From positions 1,094,584-1,158,583 of the forward strand of contig NW_015174272.1 of NCBI RefSeq assembly GCF_001447785.1: a stretch of 64,000 nt of DNA, in the 5' to 3' direction. Under the pieces are notes generated by a model. It worked only from the letters and a program-made list of their open reading frames with translations. It made no database searches and was not told the origin of the DNA. This DNA comes from Gekko japonicus (Eukaryota). This document shows positions 51,124 through 63,040 of this stretch, piece by piece; position 1 is the first letter of the stretch, and every line of letters begins with the position of its first letter. The position numbers and the translations under genes are program-made.

Positions 51124-52059
51124 GTGAGTCTGTCCTTGCAGTGCCCCCCAACCCTGCCAGCTGTGGCCACATGGAGTGGATTTTGCAATGTTGGCTGTGG
51201 AACAAACAAGGGGTTATAATGAAACGCTGGACTGATTTGCAGCTATCCCCAAGTGTTGTGTCCTGGTCCGTTAGCCAAGGTGCGGAAGGCCAAGTTGTTT
51301 TGCCTACATTGGCCGTTGGCCACATCCTGCACAGGACATAACAGATTCTCTTGAGTGGCACATCCCTGTAAAATACTTGGATTCACTAATGGGTGCTTGT
51401 GGGTGGGATGCCTAAGCACCAGTTAGTGAAGACAAGTGTTCAAGAGAAGCTACTTTTCTGAAAAGCAGTATAGATGAATATAGGAGAGACTTTTTCCGTC
51501 TCAAAGTTCCAGAAAATCTAGAACAGGGCTGTGCAAAATAAGAAGCAGCTTTCAGGCAACCAAGCAAGGAAGATTCACTAAAGGTTTTTTCCTGTTGAGG
51601 CTGTGTTTTACAGGCAGTGTGGCATGATCGTTAAGAGTGTCAGGCTGGGGGTGGGGGGGGTGGGGATATGACCAGATTCAAATCCTCAGGAAACAGACCG
51701 TGAGAGTGTGATTTAGGTCCACTTGCTTTTTCTCAGTCTATCATACTCAGCGAACTCCTTGAGTGGATAAACTGGCAGGGGAGGGCCATGCACACCGCTC
51801 TGAGCTCCTCCAAGGAAGGGCAGGATAGAACGAGGAACACAGGTGTGAAGGGTGGGTCAGGCCATTGAGGACATAGTGGCTGGTATCTTCTTTTCATCCT
51901 AGACAAGCCGTTCAAGTAAGCCCAAAGACTATCTTCCTCAGAGAAACTAGACGTGGGCTGTGATTTAACTACTTTGTGAACTTTGAAAGATTGTGCCAAA
52001 GCAGAGGTGGGTGGGTGGAACTCCCAGGCCATGACTGACTAGTGCCAGTCCAGCTAGAA

Positions 52060-52376
52060 CAGTGGTGGTGAACCTATGGCACAGGTGCCAGAGGTGGCAC
52101 TCAGAGCCCTTTCTGTGGGCATGCGTGCCATCGCCCCAACCAGGCCCAGACCATCATTAAAGTGTCGAATTCTCTGCCAAATAATTTTAAGTAAATGAAA
52201 GCATTTGGGATTGCTTTCCTTACTTTGTTTGGATCATCTTAAATTAATGTATGCGTTTTTTCTAAAGTAAGAACCTCAGTATTCAGGTTAAATTGCCGTG
52301 TTGGCACTTTGCGATAAATAAGTGGGTTTTGGGTCGCAGTTTGGGCACTCGGTCTCTAAAAGGTTTGCCATCACTG
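52060..52376. mobile_element. hAT (Buster/Charlie-type) MITE in the last TMBIM6 intron
   Basis: TIRs CAGTGGTGGTGAACCT / AGGTTTGCCATCACTG; TSD AGCTAGAA / ATCTAGAA with central TA. Confidence 0.88.
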
Positions 52377-52564
52377 ATCTAGAATTACTGGTTGTGGGTC
52401 CCCTTCCTAACAGGTTTGCCCCCTTCAGACAAAGCAGGTAGTCAAAGAAAGAGTCCCTCCAGGTAGGGGGGCAGGTATTGACAGAGGCCCTTTCTCACTA
52501 GGGATGGGTTCTGCTCTTCAGGCTGTTTCAGTATGCTGAAGCGCTGTGTTTCTTCTCTTCTCAG

Positions 52565-52591
52565 AGCAACAAGAAGAAGAAAGAGAAGTGA
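52565..52591 (+). CDS. TMBIM6: TMBIM6 last exon, coding part
   Basis: Long pyrimidine tract ending tctcag; SNKKKKEK then TGA, the lysine-rich tail typical of BI-1. Confidence 0.93.
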   Translation, partial: SNKKKKEK

Positions 52592-53878
52592 AGGAACAGT
52601 GGTCGCCTACACGAAGTCCCCTTCTCTACCCGCCCCCTTGCCTCTTTCTTGCTTCCATTCAACCTGACCTGTATTAAAGGGTGCCCGCATTGTTCGGTGT
52701 GAATGAGATCTGTGACACTTTCATACTTCGTAGAAACTGGATTTTTTTTCTTGGTTTTTGAGCTTTTTTGTAAAAAGAAATTTAACTGGCTGACCCTCAT
52801 GCTGGAGTCTGGCTTTCCCCCTCTGCTGTATAAAAATGCAGACACTTCAGGGACTGTCATTCAGTGTCCCCCCCNNNNNNNNNNNNNNNNNNNNNNCTTC
52901 TCTTCCTCCCCCCAGATAGTACAATGAGAGCAGGTTTAGGGGGGGGCAACCACTAAAAATTATCGTCTTGCCTGTGAACAAATCAAACTGGTTTGTCTGG
53001 CTGCTCAATACGACTGAGGTCGTTCAGACATCTTCCCTGTGAGGCTGTGCAGGATGGGGAGGCAAAGCCCTGGCTGCTGATCAGGAAGAACTCCCTTGGC
53101 GGGTCCATCAGAGCTGGGAGGTAGTGCTTTCTTTCCCTACCTGTTTTTGCGTAGTTCTGCTGCTGGGTAGCAAAAAAAACCCCTCACCCTGTTGTCTGAC
53201 TGAGACAGGGCTCTCAAAAATGCATTCTGCCTAAATTGTATCTTGAATGTTTCTAACCTTCAGATCCAAGCACTTCTATTTGCTCTGCAGTTGGGACTCT
53301 AGCCCAGCAGAGTTCAGAGGGCAACAGTGAAGCTTGCTAGAAAGCATGAGATCTGGCTATTGTAACAGTGTCTCAGTCTGACTGCCCTTTTGTTTTTAGC
53401 ATTTGGGAACACAGCTCTAGGGATGAACCCGAAAGGGTAGGAGGCAGCTGACCACTGTATAGTGCATTCTGCATATTAAGGTGGGATCTGCACCCTCAGC
53501 ATTAGTACAGCTCTGTGCACAAGCTCATTAAGCAATCCTTAGAAAGTTTCCTCAGCAGGGAGGCAGATACTGTTTCTTTTTGCCCCTTGGCACCTGAAGC
53601 CAGACTCCAGCCCTGCTTGCTTGGGATAATGGAGTTTTCCTTTCTTTTCTCCCTCCCCCTTCCCCCTGGACCAGTGCCAAGAAGTAAATTCTTCACAAAA
53701 TCTACTTTATAGAGACCTTGTCTAACAGGTTTTAATATAGTAATGAGTAAACGCTGTTATTGGATTTCCAGTTCTGGCTGCATTCTTTACTCATACTGTG
53801 AAGAGACAGGGTTTTAAAAGAAAAGGTGTTTGATTCAGAAATATATCTACATTGTCTTACTTTGTACAAAAAGATTAC

Positions 53879-53884
53879 AATAAA
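53879..53884 (+). terminator. TMBIM6 polyadenylation signal (3' UTR ~52592-53905)
   Basis: AATAAA preceded by TGTA (~53863) and followed by pyrimidine-rich sequence. Confidence 0.7.
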
Positions 53885-56690
53885 AATCCTCAAACTTTAA
53901 CCTTTACCCTCCGCTTTCAGTTCTGCCTTAAGCAAACCTGCTGCCAAAATGTGTCTTCAGCGGTCTGGGAACTGTCAGAGTGACCCTGTTTGCAGAGAAC
54001 TCTCTCCACACTGACTCATTTGCTATATAGTCCGTCCTTTATATATATGCCAGGCTTGGACATGTTCTGGGGCGGGCAGTTGATTCTAGCCTGGCTTCTG
54101 GATCCTCACACAGCTAAGGACAAGCCAAGTGCATTAAAGCTCTTTCAAAGAAGAACCCCCCTCCCCATTACTGATAATGCTCTGAAGAATCCTTTATCTT
54201 TCCAGGGAACTCCAGGACTGTCTGAATACACCCCCCCCCCCCAGCTCTTGGGAAAGTTAGGTGCAAAACAAGCAGGGAAGAGGCTGCTACAATTGTCCTA
54301 TTAAGGGGAAGAGAACAGAGATGCAATCTGGAAGTGATCAACAAATGATGGGACAAGGCCTCATTCCCTGGTCTCTTAGGACAGTAGCTGGAGTTGGGCG
54401 TCTTTAACCACACTGCATTCTAAGAATGTGGAAAGAGATGGAGGTTATCCAGATAAAAATTCGAAACAAGCCATATGAAGGTCCAAGTATCACAAAACAG
54501 TTTGAGTTCTCCAGAGCTCTTCATTAGGCTGGATGCTAAACATTCTCTCCTTTGTCCTGCCACCCTTAAGGTTTCTGGTTTGCATTCCTGTTGTGCCTCC
54601 ATTAGGCTTTGGGGAAGAAGGAAAAAAAGGCAGCTCCCAATTAAAACAATATTTATTGGATCAACTGCTGGTTTTTTATATTTTCCACTTCCTCTTGAGC
54701 CTGAAAGTTCTCCACGATGGCTTATTATAACAAACGAATAAAAAACAATTGTGGGATGCTTCCATCTCTTCTGAAAGTGCATTTGCTCTGCAGTAGCTAG
54801 CTTACATTAACCATTCCATCTAGTCTCATCCCACAAAATGCTTGCCCAGTTGCCAGGATCTCTACCTCACTGCACCCTTGAAATAGTGCTCTCTATGACC
54901 TGGTGGAACTTGTAGGTCACTTAGAAGGCCTAATAGTCTTTGTTAACATATAAAACACAATCAGTGCCATCCAGAGAGTCAGTGAAAGTGGGACTGGGTG
55001 GGAATGTCAAATACTGAGGCAAGTAATGACACACACACACCCTGCCATTTCATCCCTGATTGTGTTCCTCTAAGCGAGTTCTTCTCTTCTGGTGTTCTGG
55101 CCTGAATCCTATGTTCATAACTGGCATAGTGTTCTTGAAGGGCTGTTGTCCAGTTGAAGCCTTATCTTTACTGACCTGTTTCTCTGTGTACATGCTAGAA
55201 TCTCAGTAGAGCTTGATCTTCCTGAAACAAAATAGCTGCTTTCCTTTTGTTTCCAGAGCCATAGTTGAATGGGTTGCACAGCTTGCATGTTCTGAGAGCA
55301 GAGTTAGTTGCCATGGAGAAAAAGGGCATTGAGCAGAGCTTATGGGCTGCACGCAGTTGCAAGGAATCCCCTGCAGAATCTGACCTTGCAACAAAGACAG
55401 AGTTCTTCACCCTCGTCAACAGAGATGGATGTGAAGCTCCTCTGTTCTATAGTTCCCGATGTCTTATAATTTGCATGGAGGGCTTGAGAAACTAGGGGGA
55501 GAATTAGTTACTAAAGCATACTTTGCTACCGTGATCAATTCAGGCTTCAAGGAAGCTTGCTTAATTTGTAAAACAGAACAAAAAAACCCCCCAAAATTGC
55601 CACTGCAACAATTCTAAGAAAAAACATTTCTACATTCTTCCTGCTTTTAAACAAGCCAAAAGCTGCTACAGGCAAGATGGTTTTATACTTCCATTGGGTA
55701 ACAAGAAAGCCAGTCAAGCCTCAGATGCAGCTCAAAAGACTCAGTTGTGTGCTGCACAAGGAACAAGTCTTCAGAGGACTACTTATTAGTGTACAGATGG
55801 TTCCAACAGGAGGAAGTAATCTTTTAAGGCCATTTATGGCTTTAAAGATAAAAATCGGACCCAGAAACTAACTGTACAGCCAATGTAGTTATAAAACCAG
55901 AATAGGGGTGTTTTGAACCTGCTGTAGTTCTAGTTGTTTTCCAAAGGCAGCTCCCCCCAAACACATTCCAGTTGTCCAGTCTGGAGGGCAACTAAGCATG
56001 AATTAATCACCAGGACAGGATCTTTCCCAGCAAGCCAAGGGCACAGGGAGAGAAACAAGCACTTCCAGCCCTGTTGCCACTGGAACCTCCGATTGTAGCA
56101 GCAGGATTACGAAACTTCCTCCATCACTAGTTGCATCCCTAGCTGGAAGTACTGCTGTCTAGTATGGGTTCAGTGTCTATTCACCAGCTGTTGCTATTGG
56201 GCTTCCCCCAGCTATTCCTGATTACTGCTTCCAGCTCTGGTAGTGGTGTGAAGAGAGGCTATTAACTACAAAGCAAACTAAATTAAAACTCTATCCTGGT
56301 TATAATTCCTGTGTGATGGAATGGGGCAGAGGGGACACCTGCACAACTTGTTCAGGACTAAGAAGTAAACAGATAAAGATGAAAAAGCTGCTGGATTTTA
56401 GTCATCCACTTTTTGTCCAGCTTGCCTTACTTAATCCCCTCGCTCTAAAGGTCTTGTATAGACTGGCTGGGCTCCACTATGCCCACTGCAGCCACAGGAC
56501 AGACAGTGCTCCATGTGACAGTGACGCAAGGCCTACCCAATGAAGGGTGCTGCCATTTCCACTCTCAGCCACTCGGTGGGGTTAAGCAGTTGCAGTAGGA
56601 TAGAGGTNNNNNNNNNNNNNNNNNNNNNNNNNNNNNNNNNNNNGACGATTCTTCCCCCTTAAAAAAGGAAAATTTATACACAAAAGGATT

Positions 56691-56750
56691 TTTATTACTG
56701 TACATCATTTAACTTGAACGTGAATTTAAGCCAGTCCCCTCCTTTTTATT
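56691..56750 (-). terminator. NCKAP5L candidate distal polyA signals
   Basis: Two AATAAA on the - strand (56745-56750 and 56691-56696) with TGTA between them and GU/U-rich sequence downstream. Confidence 0.5.
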
Positions 56751-57320
56751 CATAGCACAGTCTTCCTTTCAGTTAAACGTAGTTCTCTGTCACCACAGCT
56801 TGACAGCCTGCTGCCAGGGTCCTCTTTGATAACAGCCCCATTGCAGGCAACAACTTGTTTCAGGAACGGTTTTCCAACATCCCGTTTCCCCGTGTTAACA
56901 GCTGCAGAATTGTGTGCTAAGTATGTGAATTCCCCCCAATCATGGCCAAAGTGCTTAAAGCAGAGATGGCGAGGGCATAGCAAATCCCACTGTAATTCTA
57001 GGAGCCTCGTTCCACTGAAGAGACCGTCCCCCATGTTACTACATCATCCTAACACCTCTGTCTGCTCACAGGCTGGAAAAAATTCCGTGATTCCCAAACA
57101 GGACCTGAAGTGTGCCTTCAAAAATTAAGCCACCTGGTTGGGTGCAAGTGCAGCCATCTTACAGTGCGCCATTAGAGCAGAGAAACCCCATGCAACATGC
57201 CACACACAGGCAGGCGGCTGTGTCGCCAAAGGGAGTTCTTGAACAAGACAGAAAAAGGTGCGCAGCACGTCAGGCCCCGAACACCCCACATTCAATCCAG
57301 CCAGGAGCTCTCTTTTCCCC

Positions 57321-57326
57321 TTTATT
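57321..57326 (-). terminator. NCKAP5L candidate proximal polyA signal
   Basis: AATAAA on the - strand after an AU-rich 3' UTR segment. Confidence 0.5.
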
Positions 57327-58624
57327 TTCTGGGAGAGCAAAGACAACAAACAGCCTCATTTACACAATAACTTATATAAATAAGGAGAGCAAAAGACATC
57401 TTAATTTTATATTAAAAAAAAAAAATCAAAAAGGGACAACGAAGAAGGTCTCCTAAGGAGAAAGGCCTGTACACAGCAAAATAGCACCATTGGAGGAAAC
57501 CGACAAGGTTCCCATCGGAAAAACAGGGAAAGGACAGAAGAGGTGGCATGACTGTGCGGAAAACTAAACAGCAACATTTACAACTTAACGTTAAAAAACA
57601 TTACGTGGAAGGGGCGGGGGGGCCAACAGTCCATCCTGAGCCCATGGTCGCTCTAGGACCCAGGGAGACCTGATTTAAGGTAGAGAAGCACCCGAGCTAG
57701 TTGGTCGCACTGGGAAGGAGGAACCGTTCCATCCGGTTGGAAGCTCAGTCCCAGCAAACCGAGAGACTGCTGGGAGGTCACAGTGCTGGGAGGAAATGGG
57801 GTGGAGACAGCAGCCTTCCAAACACTTCTCCTCCTCCCCCCCCCCTTCACCGCCACCTTCTGTTTGGTACGCTCCAGCAGCCATGGCTCTCGAACACAAG
57901 GGGTGGATTGAAGACATCCCCGTCCCCCACTCCTCATGCCCCTCGGGAAGGAAATCCTGAATTTGGCAAAGCCCAATGCACTCTCTGACTGTCGAGAAGC
58001 AGAGGAGCTTAAGTAATACGCTTAGGCAAGAGTTTGCACAACCAGTGAGGTAAGAGCGAGGCAGCTTTTGCAGAGGCAGATACGGGACGTTCTCCTTTCC
58101 AAGGTCTGCTCCTGCTCCCGGCCAGCAAAAGAGACACCAGCCCCAGGATAGCTAGCTGGTGGGAACTGTGGGTGGATGTGAGTTCCCCAGGACGGCCTGT
58201 TCCTCAAAGGAGACTCCCCCAGCAGCCCAGATGCCTGGATCCATCCCTCCCTGCGGTGAATTTACAAGCTCCATGAGTTGGCCAAGGGATGGGCAAGGCA
58301 AGACAGATCCCACCCGGGACCCCTCCTCAGTGCATCAGAAAGTAGCACAGGATCCGTAGCTAAGCGGGAGCAGACACAATGGGACCGGTTCCTGTCCCAC
58401 CCACCCCTTCTCTCCAGGTGCCCTGGTTAATAAAGTTCCCTGCTTTGGGACAGACAGGAGTGCTGGGTGTGGAAGACGCATCGTATTCTGGTGCAGGGCC
58501 AAGATTTGGTTTGGGAGACTCGAGCAGAATCCCGGAGGCAGAGCTGGGCCTTCTGGAGCACCAGGCGGGGAGCGTGTGGCACCGTAAGCCGATGCCCCAA
58601 ACTCGGCCCCGTCCCCAGCCCTGC

Positions 58625-58861
58625 TCAGCCCTGGCTGCCACAGGAGGACAAGCTGTCATAGAGAGAGTCACTGAGGGACTCGGAGTTCTCCAGGCCCGGC
58701 TGGCCTTCCGGACCCGTCTCCCTGGAATGGGCCTCTGTGCTGACCTCTTCACCCACGTCGGAAGCGCTGGGAGTGCGGCTGCTGCTGGTGCTGAAGGCCG
58801 GCGAGGCCTGAGGCCCATCCGATGAGGTGCGTCTCCTCTCAACTACGCCACAAGCTGAACC
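58625..58861 (-). CDS. NCKAP5L: NCKAP5L last coding exon
   Basis: Acceptor tctctgcag; GSACG...SRTPSASD...SESLSDSLYDSLSSCGSQG*, which is the recognisable NCKAP5L C-terminus. Confidence 0.94.
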   Translation of the reverse strand, partial: GSACGVVERRRTSSDGPQASPAFSTSSSRTPSASDVGEEVSTEAHSRETGPEGQPGLENSESLSDSLYDSLSSCGSQG

Positions 58862-59327
58862 CTGCAGAGACAGAGAGCAAGGAGGCACGGCGGCTTAGCA
58901 GCCTCGCTAAAAGCCTCAGCCAAAAAGCCATGTGCCAGAGACACAGAAGCTCTGTCAGCACAGGCGAAGCCTTGGTCCTAGTTCTGATCAAGATGTGGAA
59001 AATGCCCCCCTCGCACAGTCGGTTCCCCTCGAAGAAGCACCTGCACTTGCTTCAGTCCTCCCTGTGTTTTGCTCATCAGTGTTTTGGGGTGGAGTTTCAG
59101 GACACACAGAGACAAGAGGGCTGCAGACCAGGACGTTATGGCCAGACTTTTAAAAGCCCCTTTTGCTCTGCCACCGTCCCAGAAGCAGGGCCCTACACTC
59201 AGTGGCCCCCTTTAAAGAAACTCCATATACCGAACCCTTCCAATGGAAAGGCTCAGCACAAATCTGCCACTGTGGGCACTACCACAACTCACTGCTGGTG
59301 CTAGCAGAGCTTCGCTTCACAAGGCCT

Positions 59328-59984
59328 CCGGGCATGGTGGAGGCCTAGCAGAGGCCCCCCCCCCTTGGCAAGGCCCAGATGGGGTCCTCCCCGCCCCCCA
59401 ACCCCGCTCAGGACAGAGCCCCAATTGACACAGTTCTTACCACTGCAGACCCATGAAGTCCCTCCATCCTNNNNNNNNNNNNNNNNNNNNNNNNNNNNNN
59501 NNNNNNNNNNNNNNNNNNNNNNNNNNNNNNNNNNNNNNNNNNNNNNNNNNNNNNNNNNNNNNNNNNNNNNNNNNNNNNNNNNNNNNNNNNNNNNNNNNNN
59601 NNNNNNNNNNNNNNNNNNNNNNNNNNNNNNNNNNNNNNNNNNNNNNNNNNNNNNNNNNNNNNNNNNNNNNNNNNNNNNNNNNNNNNNNNNNNNNNNNNNN
59701 NNNNNNNNNNNNNNNNNNNNNNNNNNNNNNNNNNNNNNNNNNNNNNNNNNNNNNNNNNNNNNNNNNNNNNNNNNNNNNNNNNNNNNNNNNNNNNNNNNNN
59801 NNNNNNNNNNNNNNNNNCCGGGCATGGTGGAGTCCTAGCAGAGGCCCCCCCCCCCGCCCTGTCATCAAGGCAACAACTTTGGCAAGGCCCAGATGGGGTC
59901 CTCCCCGCCCCCCAACCCCGCTCAGGACAGAGCCCCAATTGACACAGTTCTTACCACTGCAGACCCATGAAGTCCCTCCATCCT
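59328..59984. repeat. Near-identical segments (59328-59470 and 59818-59984) flanking an N gap, probably a haplotype overlap
   Basis: Same sequence apart from a 24-nt indel and a substitution; each copy abuts the gap. Confidence 0.85.
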
Positions 59985-60094
59985 GCGAGGAGAGCAGAGA
60001 AAGGGATCCGTGCCAGCAGATGCTTTGGCATTGGGGAAAGTCCAGTTCTTGCTCTGCTGGAAGGGCTGTGGCTTGCTGGGAGCACTGCAGAGAT
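59955..60094 (-). CDS. NCKAP5L: NCKAP5L penultimate coding exon
   Basis: ccaacag acceptor, gtaaga donor; phase 1 to 0; DLCSAPSKPQPFQQSKNWTFPNAKASAGTDPFLCSPRRMEGLHGSAV with the conserved KNWTFPN. Confidence 0.92.
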
Positions 60095-60572
60095 CTGTTG
60101 GGGGGNNNNNNNNNNNNNNNNNNNNNAGCAGGAAGGTAACTGGAGCAGGGGGGGGGAGGAGCCTGCCAGGCAGTACCCCACCTTCTCCAGCAGCCCTCCT
60201 TCCTCCCCAGCTACTTCAGCATATACACGTAACAGCAGAACACCAAGAAGCGCATTCGATGATAATTTGCTTAATAAATAAATAACACTTATTCTCCCCC
60301 CACAGAATACTCAGAAATGAACTTCTGAGGAGAGAATCATTTAGCATGTACTGAGTTGGACACCTTCACTGACTGAGACAGGTATTCCCTGCTTTCCTCC
60401 CCAGTGGAAACCCAAAGCAGCTGACGATGACATTCTCCCCTCATCCATTCTGTCCTCAAAACAACCAACCTGTGAGGCAGACCAGGCTGCAATGGTTTCT
60501 ACATGGGCACAGGCTTGTGTGGTTTTCTTGCTGCGGCGGCAGCAGCCGCAGCCAATATAGTGCAGTGACGAC

Positions 60573-60779
60573 CAGTGTTCCCGCTAAGCTGAGTTAGTGT
60601 GAGCCAGCTCACAGTTTTTAGCCTCTGGCTCACACCTTTTTGTCTCAGCTCAGGAAGGATGGGGCTCCAGAGCAAACTAGTTTATGCAGGAGCTGAATCG
60701 CTTGCTCACAACTTTAATGCCAGGAGCTCACAAAGTAGAATTTCTGCTAACGAGACTCCACAGCTTAGAGGGAGCCTTG
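60573..60779 (-). mobile_element. hAT MITE family A (NCKAP5L intron)
   Basis: Reverse orientation; TSD GTGACGAC. Confidence 0.92.
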
Positions 60780-62353
60780 GTGACGACACAGTTTCCACAG
60801 GGCAGGTGTCCCCACAGTTTCCCTGCCCATGTCCCTTGGCAGAGGCCAACCCTCTGCCTCAGACCACTGGGACTTCTTCCGTTTTTTGCTGTAATGGTCT
60901 TCAATTGCAGATTTTTTTAAAAAAAATGTTTCCCCGTGGTATGGTGAGGAAATGGCCGAGACAGGGGAAACGGCTGTCGTAGGCATGAGAATATCCAAAC
61001 TTTCCCGCTCATGCAGCAGCCATCCAGGCTTTCCTTTCATCTTCTCCCAAAACATAACGGCAGAACAGGTTTGAGAAAGATCAGAGAAAAGTTATGGAAA
61101 CCCTGCAAGGTGAATGAATGCACCACTAGGCTGTGGGGAAACGGGGGGGGGGGAGGACCCCTCCTCAACAACCTTGAACCCAGGTGGAAATGGCCTGACA
61201 AAGACAGTGGGGTCAAGTCCTTCCTGCCTCTGGACGCCCAACATGTTCCTGGTGTGCATCATAACACTCCTTGGTCAATGGCAGGAAAGACAGGAAAGGG
61301 ACGCCCCCCCCCCCAATACTCTGATGCATGTAAAAGACAGCCTCCCCAATGTAATTTGTTTTAATTAGGGTTCTTCTGGTCACAACATTAAAATGTTCCA
61401 GTGCCTCTTCCTCAGTGCGCATGAACGCATGCTGCTGTGTTGTACCCAGCCAGCCCACTGTTTCATCCGGCCCAGTATCGTCCTCTCTGACTGGCCACAG
61501 CTCCCCCAAGAACTCAGGCAGAGGGCCTCCTCCAGTGACAAAACCCAACAGCCTTTTAACTTGAGGAGGGCTAAGGATGAGCAGTGAACGTCCTGCAGGC
61601 CAAACACTGAATTATTGACATGCTCACTCAGAACATGCACATCATATTGGAGACCTATCTACGTCTTCTGGGAGGGCAAGTAAACAGCTGCGTCTGAGCT
61701 GATCTCGTGAACACATTCAACTGGTGCAGCTTTCCCTTCACGAAGATTCACTGGTAGAAGAGGCTGCATCTCTTTTGGCCTATCAGACAGCTGTTAACAG
61801 CCAGAAAGCCAATGGCAATTAAGCTCCAAAGAATGGTGATCCCACAAAGAGCTCGGCCAGAGAAAAGGAGTCCCTGGAACCCTGGCTGGCTCTGGCCACC
61901 ACATCGCTCTCTCTCTCTCTCACACACTCCCCTTCCTTTTTGCTCACCTGCACCATTGCTCATGCAGCGCTTCACCAGAGCCCGCCAAAGAGCTGCCAGG
62001 ACTGAAACACCGTGGACAGTGAGCACCTCCTCTACAGCACGGGTGCCACAGTTCCAAGAGTGCACTCCTGCAGATGCAGTGCCCACAGTCCATGTGGGAC
62101 ACAGGGACAAGGACAAGGCCTCTGGACCTTTAAGGGTTTCCCACGGATAGGCGACTGAAGGCCCAGGGCCTCAATCCAGCCCAAAGGAGCTTTCTCTATA
62201 GGCCTTCAGCCCCAAGGACTTATTACCCCATTCTCAGAGTTGCTGAGCAGGGGCCAAGTAATGGGAGATACACCTGGGGAATTTTGGCCTCTCTCAGAGC
62301 ACTAAAGAAATCGAGGCCCCTTCCAGAGTATGGCAGTCCCAGGAGCTTGGGAC

Positions 62354-62559
62354 CAAGGCTCCCTCCAAGCTGTGGAATCTTGTGAGCAAAAATTCTACTT
62401 GGTGAGCTACCGGCATTAAAGTTGTGAGCAAGTGATTTGGCTGCAGCATAAATTAGTTCGCTCTGGAGCCCTCCTTCCTGAGCTCAGACAAAAAGGTGTG
62501 AACTGAAGACTAAAAAACTGTGAGCTAGCTCACACTAACTCAGCTTAGGAGGAACACTG
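62354..62559 (+). mobile_element. hAT MITE family A (same NCKAP5L intron)
   Basis: Forward orientation; TSD CTTGGGAC. Confidence 0.92.
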
Positions 62560-62722
62560 CTTGGGACGAATGTCCCTGCTGGCCAACAAAAATGAAGAAC
62601 AGGCCGCAATTCTTCTTTTCAACAATGCTGGCACCAAGAGCTTATGACCCCCCCCCCCGCCACCGGCTGCATGCCAGCCCCTCTTCAGTTAATCCCTTCC
62701 TGTCCTTTGAAATTGTACATAC

Positions 62723-63040
62723 CTCCTGAGCAGCCCCTGCGATCACGATGCCCCGGGGATGGCTCAGCGCTGGTTAAGACCCCGTGGAAAGCTGGCATGC
62801 TTTGGTGCTTGCTAGGCCCCAGCAGATCCTCCGCACTGGGCACCTCCCTCTCCAGCGTCCGGGCTTTGCGGGGCACCTTGGTGACAGGCGGGGGACCCCT
62901 AACTGGGAAGGAACCAGACGGCTGAGGGCCGAGCCGGGGTCTCAACTTAGGCACGCTCTTGCACGGCATCCCGCTGCAGTAATCTGGTGGCGGGAAGGTG
63001 CCAATGCCGCTGTCCAGGGTCCGCGTCAAAGAGCTACATA
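62723..63040 (-). CDS. NCKAP5L: NCKAP5L internal coding exon
   Basis: gtccacag acceptor, gtatgt donor; 318 nt, phase 1-1; CSSLTRTLDSGIGTFPPPD...KVPRKARTLEREVPS, NCKAP5-family C-terminal motifs. Upstream exons lie outside the window. Confidence 0.93.

Noticed and set aside
59328-59984. Apparent tandem duplication of the NCKAP5L penultimate exon's donor end (59441-59470)
   Set aside because: Both copies abut the N gap and differ by one indel and a substitution, typical of two haplotypes scaffolded with a false gap. Long reads would be needed to exclude a real duplication.
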